The notes beneath the pieces are model-generated. The model worked only from the letters and a program-made list of their open reading frames with translations. It was not told the origin of the DNA and searched no databases. A DNA stretch of 64,000 nt from an uncultured cyanobacterium. GTDB lineage: Bacteria; Cyanobacteriota; Cyanobacteriia; Cyanobacteriales; Nostocaceae. Below are positions 53,091 to 64,000 of the stretch, piece after piece; within the stretch, counting starts at the first letter, position 1, and the number at the start of each line of letters is the position of its first letter. Location: assembly GCA_963706595.1 (NCBI GenBank), contig OY970166.1, forward strand, positions 1,472,001 to 1,536,000, read 5' to 3'. The position numbers and the translations under genes are program-made.

Positions 53091-53549
53091 ATGAAACTCC
53101 AGCTATTCGCGGCTTTAGCCTTAGCGACTCCCCTAATTTTTAGTAGCATAGTTAAAGCTGGCAATTCCCAGGACTTACAAAAGCTAAATTTGACTAGAGA
53201 ATGTGTCCAGTGCGATTTATCAGGAGTTAACCTCAGAGGCGCGCATTTAATTGGTGCTGACTTACGAGGAGCAAATCTCTCTGGAGCTAACCTCGAAGGA
53301 GTCAATCTCGAAGGCGCAGACTTAACTAATGCGAATTTGAAAGGTGCAAATTTAACTTCAGCTATGCTGACTAACGTTAATTTCAAACAAGCCAATCTCG
53401 ACGGAGCAAATCTGACTCGCGCTCAAATTTACGACTCTAATGTATACGGAGCATCAATGGATCAGATGATCATCACTGATGCCGAAATCTATCACACTGG
53501 CATCGGTATTGGTGGAGATGAAGCTAAGATGTTACCCGATTGGGACTAG
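53091..53549 (+). CDS. Pentapeptide repeat protein with signal peptide
   Basis: Signal peptide, C..CDLSG, repeated A(D/N)LxG. Confidence 0.92.
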   Translation: MKLQLFAALALATPLIFSSIVKAGNSQDLQKLNLTRECVQCDLSGVNLRGAHLIGADLRGANLSGANLEGVNLEGADLTNANLKGANLTSAMLTNVNFKQANLDGANLTRAQIYDSNVYGASMDQMIITDAEIYHTGIGIGGDEAKMLPDWD

Positions 53550-54473
53550 TACCGCAAGGCGGAAGTCAAAAGTTTACCATGAGCGCAGCCGAAGGGTCAA
53601 AAGTCTAAAGTCAAAAAAATTATTCGGTGGTAGTTTGATTTTCGCCGTGTTGGACTAGGCTGAAGTCTAAAAAAATATAAATTAAGTTGGGCATAGGGAT
53701 AAAAGAAATTGCTATTGGCAAGCAATATCCCTAAGTTCGCCCTTGTTAAGAATATTTGACTTAAAAGAAATATAGCAATCGCCAAGGAGGTTAAGACATA
53801 AACGGATAATCAAACTTAGACACCACTCGGTTTTTAACCCACTCCCAACTCCCTACTCCCTACTCCCCAGCTATAGCTACTTGTCTTCATTTAGACAAAT
53901 CGAAATATAACCAGACATCAATATCATAAAACAAGTACATTTTTTAGTATAGAGGAATACATAAAAAGTTTTATTACGGATTAATATTAATTATCAATGA
54001 GTTAATTGACGAAGACGGCTTAAGATAGCTTTAATATCAGATAAAATCGGCTTTTAAGCTTGTATAAATGTGAGGTAGTCTGATTTTGGCCTTATTTGTG
54101 CTTGAATGAGTACGACTGTCAGAACCCCGTTGTCAAGATAGGTGGCTATGGGCGGAGTGCAGGCTACGCCAATGTGGCTCACCTTGAGATAGCTGATCTG
54201 ACACGGTAATGCGTCTGTGTAGATTCACAAAATCCCGCACTCAGAAAGCTGATTTTCAAATATCTGGACGCTTTCTGACTTCTCTCCTCATACTGTCTGT
54301 CTACCTTGTAGTTGATGCAGTAGAGTCTGATGAGGCAATTATGGTTATAGGAAACTAAAACCTTTTGTGGATCAAACACAAGTTGTACTAATGCCCTCGT
54401 GCATTGCCTAATCAACAGCCTTCTGGTGGTAATTGTCACAGATTAGATAAACTCAACTGTTAAATTTATAGGA

Positions 54474-54917
54474 GTGAAAATGCAAGAATCAGAATTCACA
54501 GAAACCAAATCTCAAGAGACAGCAGTGCCAAATATCAATAACCAAACAGGAACCATTACCAAACTCCAGCCTCCTGTGCAGTCTCAAGAACAATGGCAAC
54601 AATACGGCGAACAAATTTCTGGTTTTTTAGCAACACTCCCTGAATACCTGGGAAGCTTCTTTAACCAATATAAGCAGCCCCTGGTTAGTGTCGGTTTAAT
54701 TGTGGCCGCAATTGTTTCGGTGAAAGTACTCTTGGCAGTATTAGACTCTTTGAATGATGTTCCTTTAGTCGCACCGACTTTTGAATTGATTGGTATTGGC
54801 TACTCGGCTTGGTTTGTTTACCGCTATTTGCTCAAAGCCTCAACCCGCAAAGAGCTAACTAGTGAAATCACCACGCTGAAATCGCAAGTTGTCGGTAAAA
54901 ATAATCCAGAAGCTTAA
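54474..54917 (+). CDS. curT: CAAD domain thylakoid curvature protein (CurT-like)
   Basis: LDSLNDVPLV.P.FELIGIGYSAWFVYRYLL....RKEL. Confidence 0.85.
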   Translation: MKMQESEFTETKSQETAVPNINNQTGTITKLQPPVQSQEQWQQYGEQISGFLATLPEYLGSFFNQYKQPLVSVGLIVAAIVSVKVLLAVLDSLNDVPLVAPTFELIGIGYSAWFVYRYLLKASTRKELTSEITTLKSQVVGKNNPEA

Positions 54918-55003
54918 TATCTTCTTTGTCGCTATCCTTTACTGTACTAGGGTAGCCATTCTCTAAATGTAGCTGTTGACAAAAACTACAATTTATGCAT
55001 ATT

Positions 55004-55029
55004 AAGGCGCTCTTTGAGCGTCTTTTTTT
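55004..55029 (+). terminator. Intrinsic terminator after curT
   Basis: AAGGCGCTC-TTT-GAGCGTCTT followed by a T run. Confidence 0.65.
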
Positions 55030-55271
55030 ATCGGTGATAAATTCAGGCGATCGCTCTCTCGCTTTTTTGTGATTCAGTCATATAGCAAAGTTCTGATTTC
55101 TGAGTATAAACCTAGTCTCTGTAAGGTTTTGAGATATCAACACTGTTATAACCGATATGGCTAAGGCTATATATTGCGATCGCCTTGCTGCTGCGATCGC
55201 CTCCGGCGGGGCGAGCTTATCGCACTGGCTCAGGAACTTGTAGAATATAGGCGATCGCCCGATCTAATCCT

Positions 55272-57698
55272 TTAATTACGAATTATTTTCTTAGCGAATT
55301 GCCAAAGTAAATAAAACGGTAAAGTTACAATACCCAGTAAAATTTGTAGAAACTGATTGAGCCGTCGTTTCCAAATAGCAATGGGAGTTAACTTTTTTCG
55401 CAGAATTGCCAAGTTTTCTCTAATTGTCGCTGTAGTGGGATGATTAACCCCTAATACCCGTTGACACATCTCCAAGGCTTGAATGTAGAGGGGTTCGGCA
55501 TCACTGTAGCGCCCTTGACTATAGTAGAGTAAGGCTAAATTGTTCAAGCTAGTAGCCAGATCAGGATGGTCGCCGACAAACAAGCGCTGTCTCATCTCCA
55601 AGGCTTGAATGAAACGGGGTTCGGCTTCACTGTACCGCCCTTGACTGTTGTAGAGAAGAGCTAAATTGTTCAAGCTAGTAGCCAGATCAGGATGGTCGTC
55701 GGCAAACAAGCGCTGTCTCATCTCCAAGGCTTGAATGAAACGGGGTTCGGCATCACTATACCGCCCTTGAATATCGTAGAGTGCAGCTAAATTGTTCAAG
55801 CTAGTAGCGACATCAGGATTGTCGCCGCCAAACAAACGCTGTCTCATCTCCAAGGCTTGAATGAAACAGGGTTCGGCATCACTGTACCGCCCTTGACTGT
55901 TGTAGAGTGCAGCTAAATTGTTCAAGCTATTAGCCAGATCAGGATGGTCGCCGACAAACAAGCGCTGTCTCATCTCCAAGGCTTGAATGAAACGGGGTTC
56001 GGCATCACTGTACCGCCCTTGATTGTTGTAGAGTGCAGCTAAATTGTTCAAGCTAGTAGCGACATCAGGATTGTCGCCGCCAAACAAGCGCTGTCTCATC
56101 TCCAAGGCTTGAATGAAGAGGGGTTCGGCTTCACTGTAACGCCCTTGATTGTTGTAGAGTGCAGCTAAATTGTTTAAGCTAGTAGCGACATTAGGATGGT
56201 CGCCGACAAATAAAGCTTGGCAAACATTGACACATTTCTCATACCAAGGTTCTGCTAATTGATATAGTCCTTGTCCTTTATAAAATCTTGTTACTCCTAC
56301 AAATATCCCAATTACTTGATTATTGGGAACTGATGCTGGGGAATTTATCTGTGTTTCACCTGCTTGCTTAATCTCAGCAATTATCCTATTTCCCAAGTCT
56401 TCAATATGGGGAACAACATCCTTGATGCGTTCGATATCCTCAGAAGTGGGTGATTGGGGAAGGCTTTGAGCTACCGTTATCATGGCAGAAGCAAAGGTTG
56501 TTTCTAAAACTGATTTTATTTCCCCAGAATTAGTTAACTGTTCTTGCAAGAACCATTGCACCAAAGCATGAATTTTATAATATTCTCCTTCTGTAGCTTC
56601 TACCAGTTGCAGCAAGTTACGTGCGTAAAGTTGCTTTTTGGCTGCGTTTATTTCCTCTTGTGACCAAGTTAGTTGTGTTGCTGCTGCATCTTCTGCTTTC
56701 CCGCCATCTGTCGCCACCCAATTCACCAAATCCCAAAGAATCTGTTGGGGAGCAAATAAACTCAAAAATTTTCCTAATTGTTGTGTGAGGGGGTCAAGTT
56801 TTTCCCAAGTTAAGGTAAACGCTGCTTTGACTCCCAGTTGCGCTTGACCAATGGTAGAATCTGGCTCTCTTTGTAAAGATATTTCAGCTAATTTTTGGGT
56901 TTTTAACCTCTCAAACATTGTATTCAGAGATAGTCCTGGGTCACGGACTAAATAACCTCCGACTAACTCTATCCCCAAAGGTAAATATTCCAGACATTTA
57001 CATATTGCAGTTGCAGCTTCTAATTGATTTTCAACTCGCTTGTCTTTGTTCCCTAACAATCGTTTTAACAGTTCTAATGCTTGTCCTGGTTCTTTTTCTG
57101 GAGAAAGAACATCTAAAGAAATCTCTTGAATAAAATTCGGGTCTAAATTTCGTTGTATGGTTGTCACCAAAACGCGAAAGCGTTGATCTTCGGGTAAGAC
57201 TTGGCGGAGGTTGGCTAAGTCTGTGACATCATCGAAGACTATTAATATAGGCAAGGTAGAGTCAGGATATCTAGACCAACACCAAGCAACTTGTTCTTTT
57301 AGGCTTAACAGTTTGCCCCCTAGTTCTTGGGGAATCTTGAAACCAAGATTGATAAAAAATTCCAAGATTTCAGCAGCAAGATTACTGTTGCGATCATTGA
57401 ACCAAGCAATACCGCCATAATTATCTTGATATCTTTTGGCGTATTGGGTAACTAATTCGGTTTTACCTACGCCTCCCATCCCTGAAATTGCCACATAATT
57501 TCCACGCTGCAAGTCTTCATGCACTCGTGTCAGTTCCTGTTCACGTCCGACGAAATGAACAGAACCACGATCAGGAATATATTTTGTGGGAGTTAACTGT
57601 TTCTGACCCTGAATAATTTGAGTATCAATGTTAACTTGACTACCAGGAGCAGCATAAGCACCAATTTTGTCCGCAAGCTTCCCAGAGTCGTTAAACAT
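55272..57698 (-). CDS. NB-ARC (STAND) NTPase with TPR repeats; NLR-like protein
   Basis: FVGRE.EL, GMGGVGKT, LIVFDDV, VLVTT, YLPLGIEL, IHALVQ, six near-identical 42-aa TPRs; only ~45 aa precede the NTPase domain. Confidence 0.93.
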   Translation of the reverse strand: MFNDSGKLADKIGAYAAPGSQVNIDTQIIQGQKQLTPTKYIPDRGSVHFVGREQELTRVHEDLQRGNYVAISGMGGVGKTELVTQYAKRYQDNYGGIAWFNDRNSNLAAEILEFFINLGFKIPQELGGKLLSLKEQVAWCWSRYPDSTLPILIVFDDVTDLANLRQVLPEDQRFRVLVTTIQRNLDPNFIQEISLDVLSPEKEPGQALELLKRLLGNKDKRVENQLEAATAICKCLEYLPLGIELVGGYLVRDPGLSLNTMFERLKTQKLAEISLQREPDSTIGQAQLGVKAAFTLTWEKLDPLTQQLGKFLSLFAPQQILWDLVNWVATDGGKAEDAAATQLTWSQEEINAAKKQLYARNLLQLVEATEGEYYKIHALVQWFLQEQLTNSGEIKSVLETTFASAMITVAQSLPQSPTSEDIERIKDVVPHIEDLGNRIIAEIKQAGETQINSPASVPNNQVIGIFVGVTRFYKGQGLYQLAEPWYEKCVNVCQALFVGDHPNVATSLNNLAALYNNQGRYSEAEPLFIQALEMRQRLFGGDNPDVATSLNNLAALYNNQGRYSDAEPRFIQALEMRQRLFVGDHPDLANSLNNLAALYNSQGRYSDAEPCFIQALEMRQRLFGGDNPDVATSLNNLAALYDIQGRYSDAEPRFIQALEMRQRLFADDHPDLATSLNNLALLYNSQGRYSEAEPRFIQALEMRQRLFVGDHPDLATSLNNLALLYYSQGRYSDAEPLYIQALEMCQRVLGVNHPTTATIRENLAILRKKLTPIAIWKRRLNQFLQILLGIVTLPFYLLWQFAKKIIRN
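55443..56198 (-). repeat. Six tandem 126-bp TPR-coding repeats with high nucleotide identity
   Basis: (H/N)P(D/N)xAxSLNNLAxLYxxQGRYSxAEPxxIQALEM repeated six times. Confidence 0.95.
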
Positions 57699-57723
57699 AA
57701 ATATTTCAGATAAAAATAATCAT

Positions 57724-58011
57724 TGTGGGGTGGGTGTCCTCACCTCACTTTTCACATCATCTGGAAAAACCAAAGCGAAACCTAACCCCCTAGCCCCCTT
57801 CCCTACCAGGGAAGGGGGAAAATTCAAAGCCTCTCCAATATCAAAGTTTTTCCTTTTCCCTCTCCTCGTAGGAGAGGGCTAGGGAGAGGTAGGGGAGCGG
57901 TTTGGAGAGAGGTTTTCCAAATCCTGTCCTCACCCGCCCAAAACAGGCAAGACTTGTACTGAGCTTGTCGTTCGCGTAGCGTGGCGTTAGCCATAGTATG
58001 CCTGTTCCACA
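57724..58011. repeat. Cluster of nested small dispersed repeats between the effector and NLR genes
   Basis: Two CCCC/GGGG hairpins, TGTGGGGTGGG..GTCCTCACC (related copy at 37267), and a 24-nt unit at 57971-57994 related to 6153-6178. Confidence 0.65.
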
Positions 58012-58036
58012 AGAAAATTGAAGACAATACTTCAGC

Positions 58037-58435
58037 TTAAAAAGACTGATTTTGAATATTTCCTGTCCCTCCAGGCATGACTACCTGACCAATTTTGTCA
58101 GCCAACTTTTGCAGATTAGGCATAGCCAGAATTTCTGCAAACTTGGGATTGGGTTCTGCTTTTGCGGCTGCTGCCAATTCCTGTGCAGCTTGTGCCACTT
58201 CCGGATCAGCCTGCGCCGCAGATTCCACCTCAATAACAGCTTTGCCATAATCTAGGGGTTGTTCTGGTGCTTTCTCAATTGCAACGACAGTTTGAGGAGA
58301 GTGTTTTCTCAGCTTGACAAGAAATTGACCAGTTTTATCCCATAAAACATCGCATACCTTTTCGCCCGTTTTTTCTAAGGCTTTGGTGGCGACTACAGAC
58401 CCAATGGCGATCGCAGCAGTAGTTAAAGGTTCCAT
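58037..58435 (-). CDS. Small helical protein, putative Bell/HeLo-like effector, with a C-terminal motif shared with the adjacent NLR
   Basis: Hydrophobic N-terminal helix MEPLTTAAIAIGSVVA, LW, ADPE.A..; C-terminus KLADKIGQVVMPGGTGNIQNQSF. Confidence 0.7.
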   Translation of the reverse strand: MEPLTTAAIAIGSVVATKALEKTGEKVCDVLWDKTGQFLVKLRKHSPQTVVAIEKAPEQPLDYGKAVIEVESAAQADPEVAQAAQELAAAAKAEPNPKFAEILAMPNLQKLADKIGQVVMPGGTGNIQNQSF

Positions 58436-58615
58436 CTTCTTGAGGTAGAGGCTATTCTTTATAATACATAGCTTTTATGTATAATTTCGTAATTAAAGGG
58501 ATGTGGGCAAGTTGGGAAGAAGAGGGAGAAGATTATCGCACTCGCCCAAAGTCTTCCCCCTGAAACCTGCACTTGATGCCGTTTTACCTTGTCTGCTGGC
58601 AATTTCTGAGCCTAT

Positions 58616-59902
58616 TTACAAGACGCGCAGTAAACTGGGAATACTATCGATCGCCTCTAAATTCTGAATTTCTGCCAAGGCTTGTCGGAAATCGCCTTCT
58701 CGCACATCGTGAGTGACAACCACAATTTCTGCTAGTCCTCCCTGAAAGCCTGTTTGGACTACTGACTCTAAACTCACGCCATAGTTACCAAAGCAAGTAC
58801 CCAATTTACCAATGACTCCGGGTTGGTCTTTAGTCAGGAACCGGGCATAAAATCGCGTTACAAGTTCGGTGATGGGTGCAATTTCACAGTAATCTTGGTG
58901 TCCACAAGTTAATAGTGGATTGGGGTTAGTTGTACTGGTTTTGAGAACAGCAACTAAATTCAAGATATCCGAGGTGACGGCACTAGCTGTCGCACCCGCA
59001 CCTGCACCGGGGCCAAAAAACATTACCTGCCCTATGGGTTCTCCTTCTACGAGAATGGCATTATAAACACCATTAATACTGGCTAACGGATGTGTTTTGG
59101 CTACTAAAGTGGGATGCACTCTGACGGAGAGGGGAGATGAAGGTGTGTATTGTTTAGCGATCGCTAACAATTTAATCACAAATCCCAATTTTTCGGCGTA
59201 GGTAATATCTGTCTTACTAACTTGCCGAATGCCTTCACAATAAACATCTTCTAAATTGATGCGTCCATCAAAGCCTAATGATGCCAGAATAGCAATTTTA
59301 TCGGCTGCGTCTAAACCGTCTACATCTGCCGTGGGATCAGCTTCGGCATAACCTAATCTTTGAGCATCAGCTAAGACATCACTGAAGTTGCTGCCTTCGG
59401 TTTGCATCCTGGTGAGGATGTAGTTAGTTGTACCGTTAACGATGCCTGTAATAGTATTAATACGGTTAACGCTTAAGGACTGCTTGAGGGGTTGAATCAC
59501 TGGGATTCCGCCGCCTACAGCCGCTTCTAACATCACATATACCCCGGCTTGGTTGGCAGTTGTAAAGATTTCTGCCCCAAAACGCGCGATCGCGGCTTTA
59601 TTGGCGGTGACGACGTGTTTACCATTTTTTAAAGCTTGGAGAATGAGCGATCGCGCTGGTTCCAGTCCCCCAATCAACTCCACAACAATATCTACCGCCG
59701 GGTCATTGACAATAGACTCTAAATCTGTAGTTAAGACATCGGCTGGTAATTCTACATCCCGAATTTTAGCAAGCGATCGCACACCCACGCGATATATTTC
59801 TACTTCCTGCAATAACGGGTTGCGTCCCACCACATCTTGCAGTAACTGCACCGTACCTGTGCCGACAGTGCCTAAACCTAATATTCCTAGTTTCACTCCC
59901 AC
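58616..59902 (-). CDS. hom: Homoserine dehydrogenase with ACT domain
   Basis: GLGTVG, HVVTANK, EAAVGGGIP, NGTTNYIL, GYAEADPT.DV.G.DAA.K, GPGAG. Confidence 0.95.
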   Translation of the reverse strand: MGVKLGILGLGTVGTGTVQLLQDVVGRNPLLQEVEIYRVGVRSLAKIRDVELPADVLTTDLESIVNDPAVDIVVELIGGLEPARSLILQALKNGKHVVTANKAAIARFGAEIFTTANQAGVYVMLEAAVGGGIPVIQPLKQSLSVNRINTITGIVNGTTNYILTRMQTEGSNFSDVLADAQRLGYAEADPTADVDGLDAADKIAILASLGFDGRINLEDVYCEGIRQVSKTDITYAEKLGFVIKLLAIAKQYTPSSPLSVRVHPTLVAKTHPLASINGVYNAILVEGEPIGQVMFFGPGAGAGATASAVTSDILNLVAVLKTSTTNPNPLLTCGHQDYCEIAPITELVTRFYARFLTKDQPGVIGKLGTCFGNYGVSLESVVQTGFQGGLAEIVVVTHDVREGDFRQALAEIQNLEAIDSIPSLLRVL

Positions 59903-60162
59903 AAATTTTGCACCCTATTTTTTGAGTTCTGAGAGCAACATTCTGAGTGCTTCCTGATTTATACTAATTAGCCTGCTAATCACGGCTTTGTTGGTATAAG
60001 CCCCAGAAATTGCTTCCTGTGGGTAAATCCAGCACTGAGAATTCTGTTCTCAGTCTGTCTATATAAAACAATTGTAGGGTGAGTCAAGAATAACCCACCC
60101 TACTTATTAATGATTATCCTTTGTTAATCGCCGCCGTCTAATAACTAAAGCTATAGACTAAC

Positions 60163-61527
<1,365 letters not shown>

Positions 61528-61695
61528 TTAACCGTTTCTCAAAAAAAAATTCTTTCCTTTTACCAGTTTTAGTGTACCGAATTTTCGGATACCAAAACTA
61601 GCTCTCCGGGAAAGCGGCATCATGAGCTAATGCCGTGCTAGGTTCACTCACCAAAGACATACAAGGATAGCAAAAAACACACCTGTTCCCCTTCT

Positions 61696-61737
61696 AAGGT
61701 AAAGGATAAGCCTTTGGCAGAATGTTAATAATGAGTC
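61696..61737 (-). promoter_or_regulatory. Putative NtcA-type promoter of petH (non-canonical box)
   Basis: Minus strand: GAC-N8-AAC, exactly 22 nt, then TACCTT (TAN3T), about 190 nt upstream of the ATG. Confidence 0.5.
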
Positions 61738-62530
61738 AATTTAATCTTTTTTTCGTGAACTGCTATTCCTATCAAGGAGATAGCTTTCAACCACCCAAAG
61801 GGCAAGACCCAATGACCTATAGCTTGGCAGTTTCCTTTTATACGACTATTAAAATAGACTTACCTTTCGGTAACACTGGCTGAAACTCCTATATCCTGCT
61901 GGAAAAAAAACAGGGTTTTGGGCTTCTAGTCTTAACTCAGAAACACCTACAATCAGTTTCACTTGATGTGAAACATCTGTCAACCTCTATGAGTGCCTTG
62001 CTCAAATGAGCGCCTGAAACTCTGATGATGCGGATTGTGTAACCTGATCATTCTGAGGTTGAATCTGTCGAGCATTGCCATAGCGCTCAGGCAAATTTTC
62101 CCCTGATCAGAATAAGTTTGCTACTCAAATAAATTATACTTGATCAACTTGACGCATTTAGGACAAAACTCAGTAGACGAAGTTGACACATCACTTTTAG
62201 GGGTGATCACAGGTGGCTGAAAATTGATAATTTAATCATTAGTGATGCTTGGAAAAGCAGGAGATTGTTTATGACAGCAAATCTTGTTATAGAATACCCC
62301 CTTCTGTTAAAATCAAATACACCACTAGGATTAAATACTTACCAGCCAGCAAGGAATTAAGTATAAGTCGGATGAGAGACAACTATAGTTTAGTTGTATG
62401 CCCATCTAGATATTCCATAGCCCTGCTGAGTAGCAAAAACACAGGATCAACCAATGGGGTAAACTCCTGGTTTAAAAATCTTCTGTGTGAAAAAATATTG
62501 ATTGACACATTTAGTATTTAGAGGAAATTT

Positions 62531-63535
62531 ATGACAACTAAGCCGGAACGCGTGGTATTGATTGGAGTAGCCGGAGACTCTGGATGCGGTAAATCTACCT
62601 TTTTACGTCGTTTAATAGATTTATTTGGTGAAGAGTTCATGACGGTTATCTGCTTAGATGACTATCATTCCCTAGACCGCAAACAGCGCAAAGAGACTGG
62701 GATAACTGCACTTGACCCCAGAGCGAATAATTTTGACCTGATGTATGAGCAAATCAAAGCGCTTAAAGAAGGTCAAGTGATTTCAAAACCGATTTATAAC
62801 CACGAAACCGGGATGATTGATCCACCGGAGCGTGTGGAACCAAATCACATCATCGTTGTGGAAGGTCTCCATCCTTTATATGATGAGCGCGTGCGATCGC
62901 TACTTGATTTCAGTGTCTATTTCGATATTAGTGATGAAGTCAAAATTGCCTGGAAAATCCAACGCGATATGGCAGAAAGAGGACATCGTTACGAAGATGT
63001 CTTAGCTCAAATCAATTCTCGTAAACCCGATTTTGAAAAATTCATTGAGCCACAAAGAGAATACGCTGATGTAGTGCTTCAGGTATTACCTACAAACCTG
63101 ATTAAGAATGATACAGAACGTAAGGTGCTGCGGGTACGTATGCTCCAACGTGAAGGCAAAGAAGGCTTCGAGCCAACCTACCTATTTGATGAAGGGTCAA
63201 CAATTAACTGGACTCCCTGCGGACGTAAACTAACTTGTTCATACCCCGGTATGCAAGTATATTATGGTTCTGATGTCTACTACGGTCGCTACGTCTCAGT
63301 ATTAGAAGTAGACGGTCAATTCGACAACCTAGATGAAGTTATTTATATCGAAACCCATCTAAGTAAGACATCCACAAAATATGAAGGTGAGATGACTCAC
63401 TTGCTACTTCAACACCGCGAGTATCCAGGTTCCAATAACGGAACTGGGTTGTTCCAAGTGCTGACAGGGTTGAAAATGCGCGCCGCCTACGAGCGCTTGA
63501 CAGCAAAAGAAGCCAAACTAGCAGTTCAAGTTTAA
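62531..63535 (+). CDS. prk: Phosphoribulokinase
   Basis: GVAGDSGCGKSTF, ICLDDYH, YNHETG, EGLHP, WKIQRDM.ERGH, PCGRKLTCSYPG. Confidence 0.97.
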   Translation: MTTKPERVVLIGVAGDSGCGKSTFLRRLIDLFGEEFMTVICLDDYHSLDRKQRKETGITALDPRANNFDLMYEQIKALKEGQVISKPIYNHETGMIDPPERVEPNHIIVVEGLHPLYDERVRSLLDFSVYFDISDEVKIAWKIQRDMAERGHRYEDVLAQINSRKPDFEKFIEPQREYADVVLQVLPTNLIKNDTERKVLRVRMLQREGKEGFEPTYLFDEGSTINWTPCGRKLTCSYPGMQVYYGSDVYYGRYVSVLEVDGQFDNLDEVIYIETHLSKTSTKYEGEMTHLLLQHREYPGSNNGTGLFQVLTGLKMRAAYERLTAKEAKLAVQV

Positions 63536-63562
63536 GTCAGCAGTGCTTGTGGCGCAGATTTC

Positions 63563-63591
63563 GGGGGTACTTCTGGGTTTCCCCCTTTCTT
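63563..63591 (+). terminator. Possible intrinsic terminator after prk
   Basis: GGGGG...CCCCC stem followed by TTTCTT. Confidence 0.45.
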
Positions 63592-63865
63592 AGATAAAAA
63601 AATAATATTTACTGCTAATCACCTATCTCTCACCATTTGCCATACTACAAGTTTTGTCATCAGAGCATTGAAAATGCTGATAGATACCAGTAATAAAATC
63701 TGATTCTATTCGCCAAATACTTAATCTAAATGTGTAACTTTTAAAAAATAAAGTAAATACTAACTGCTGAGTGCGTAAATCTTGTTATGATTTCATAAAT
63801 TAGCTGCTGAACTAAATATTAACCAAATTTAGCCAGCAACAATCTTTGAAAAGGAGGAATCCTCT

Positions 63866-64000
63866 TTGTCTAAACGCTATTTATTTACCTCCGAATCGGT
63901 TACCGAAGGTCATCCAGATAAGATTTGCGATCAGATTTCTGATACTATTCTCGATGCCTTACTAACAGAAGATTCTAGCAGTCGTGTGGCGGCCGAGGTA
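63866..64000 (+). CDS. metK: S-adenosylmethionine synthetase (5' part, runs off window end)
   Basis: AGGAGG RBS, TTG start, [25 protein letters not shown]. Confidence 0.95.
   Translation, partial: MSKRYLFTSESVTEGHPDKICDQISDTILDALLTEDSSSRVAAEV

Overview
64 kb of chromosome from a filamentous heterocyst-forming cyanobacterium (Nostocales, inferred from frequent HIP1 GCGATCGC octamers, STRR heptamer arrays, CP12, psb29, cpcT, petH with a CpcD domain and prk). The backbone is housekeeping (manC, guaA, cbiD, trmB, hemF, mrp, rodA, gshA, trmL, hom, petH, prk, metK). Four accessory, conflict-type modules are embedded in it. (1) A small helical protein (58037-58435) lies next to an NB-ARC/TPR NLR-like protein (55272-57698); the C-terminus of the first and the N-terminus of the second share an ungapped 21-residue motif, KLADKIGxxxxPGxxxNIxxQ, which is the layout of NLR-amyloid signalling pairs. 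This is the top candidate. (2) An AT-rich two-gene cassette encodes a GIY-YIG nuclease with a large insertion plus a DGQHR (DndB-like) protein. (3) An AT-rich three-gene operon downstream of guaA encodes a dynamin-like GTPase, a second GTPase and a membrane-anchored protein. (4) A UPF1-like SF1 helicase with a very large insert is coupled to a protein with a degenerate PLD domain (Mokosh-like). Three genes carry single apparent frameshifts (dynamin-like gene, exbB, LysM-M23 peptidase) that may be assembly errors. No rRNA, tRNA, CRISPR array or transposase was seen. All calls are from motif reading only; no searches were run.
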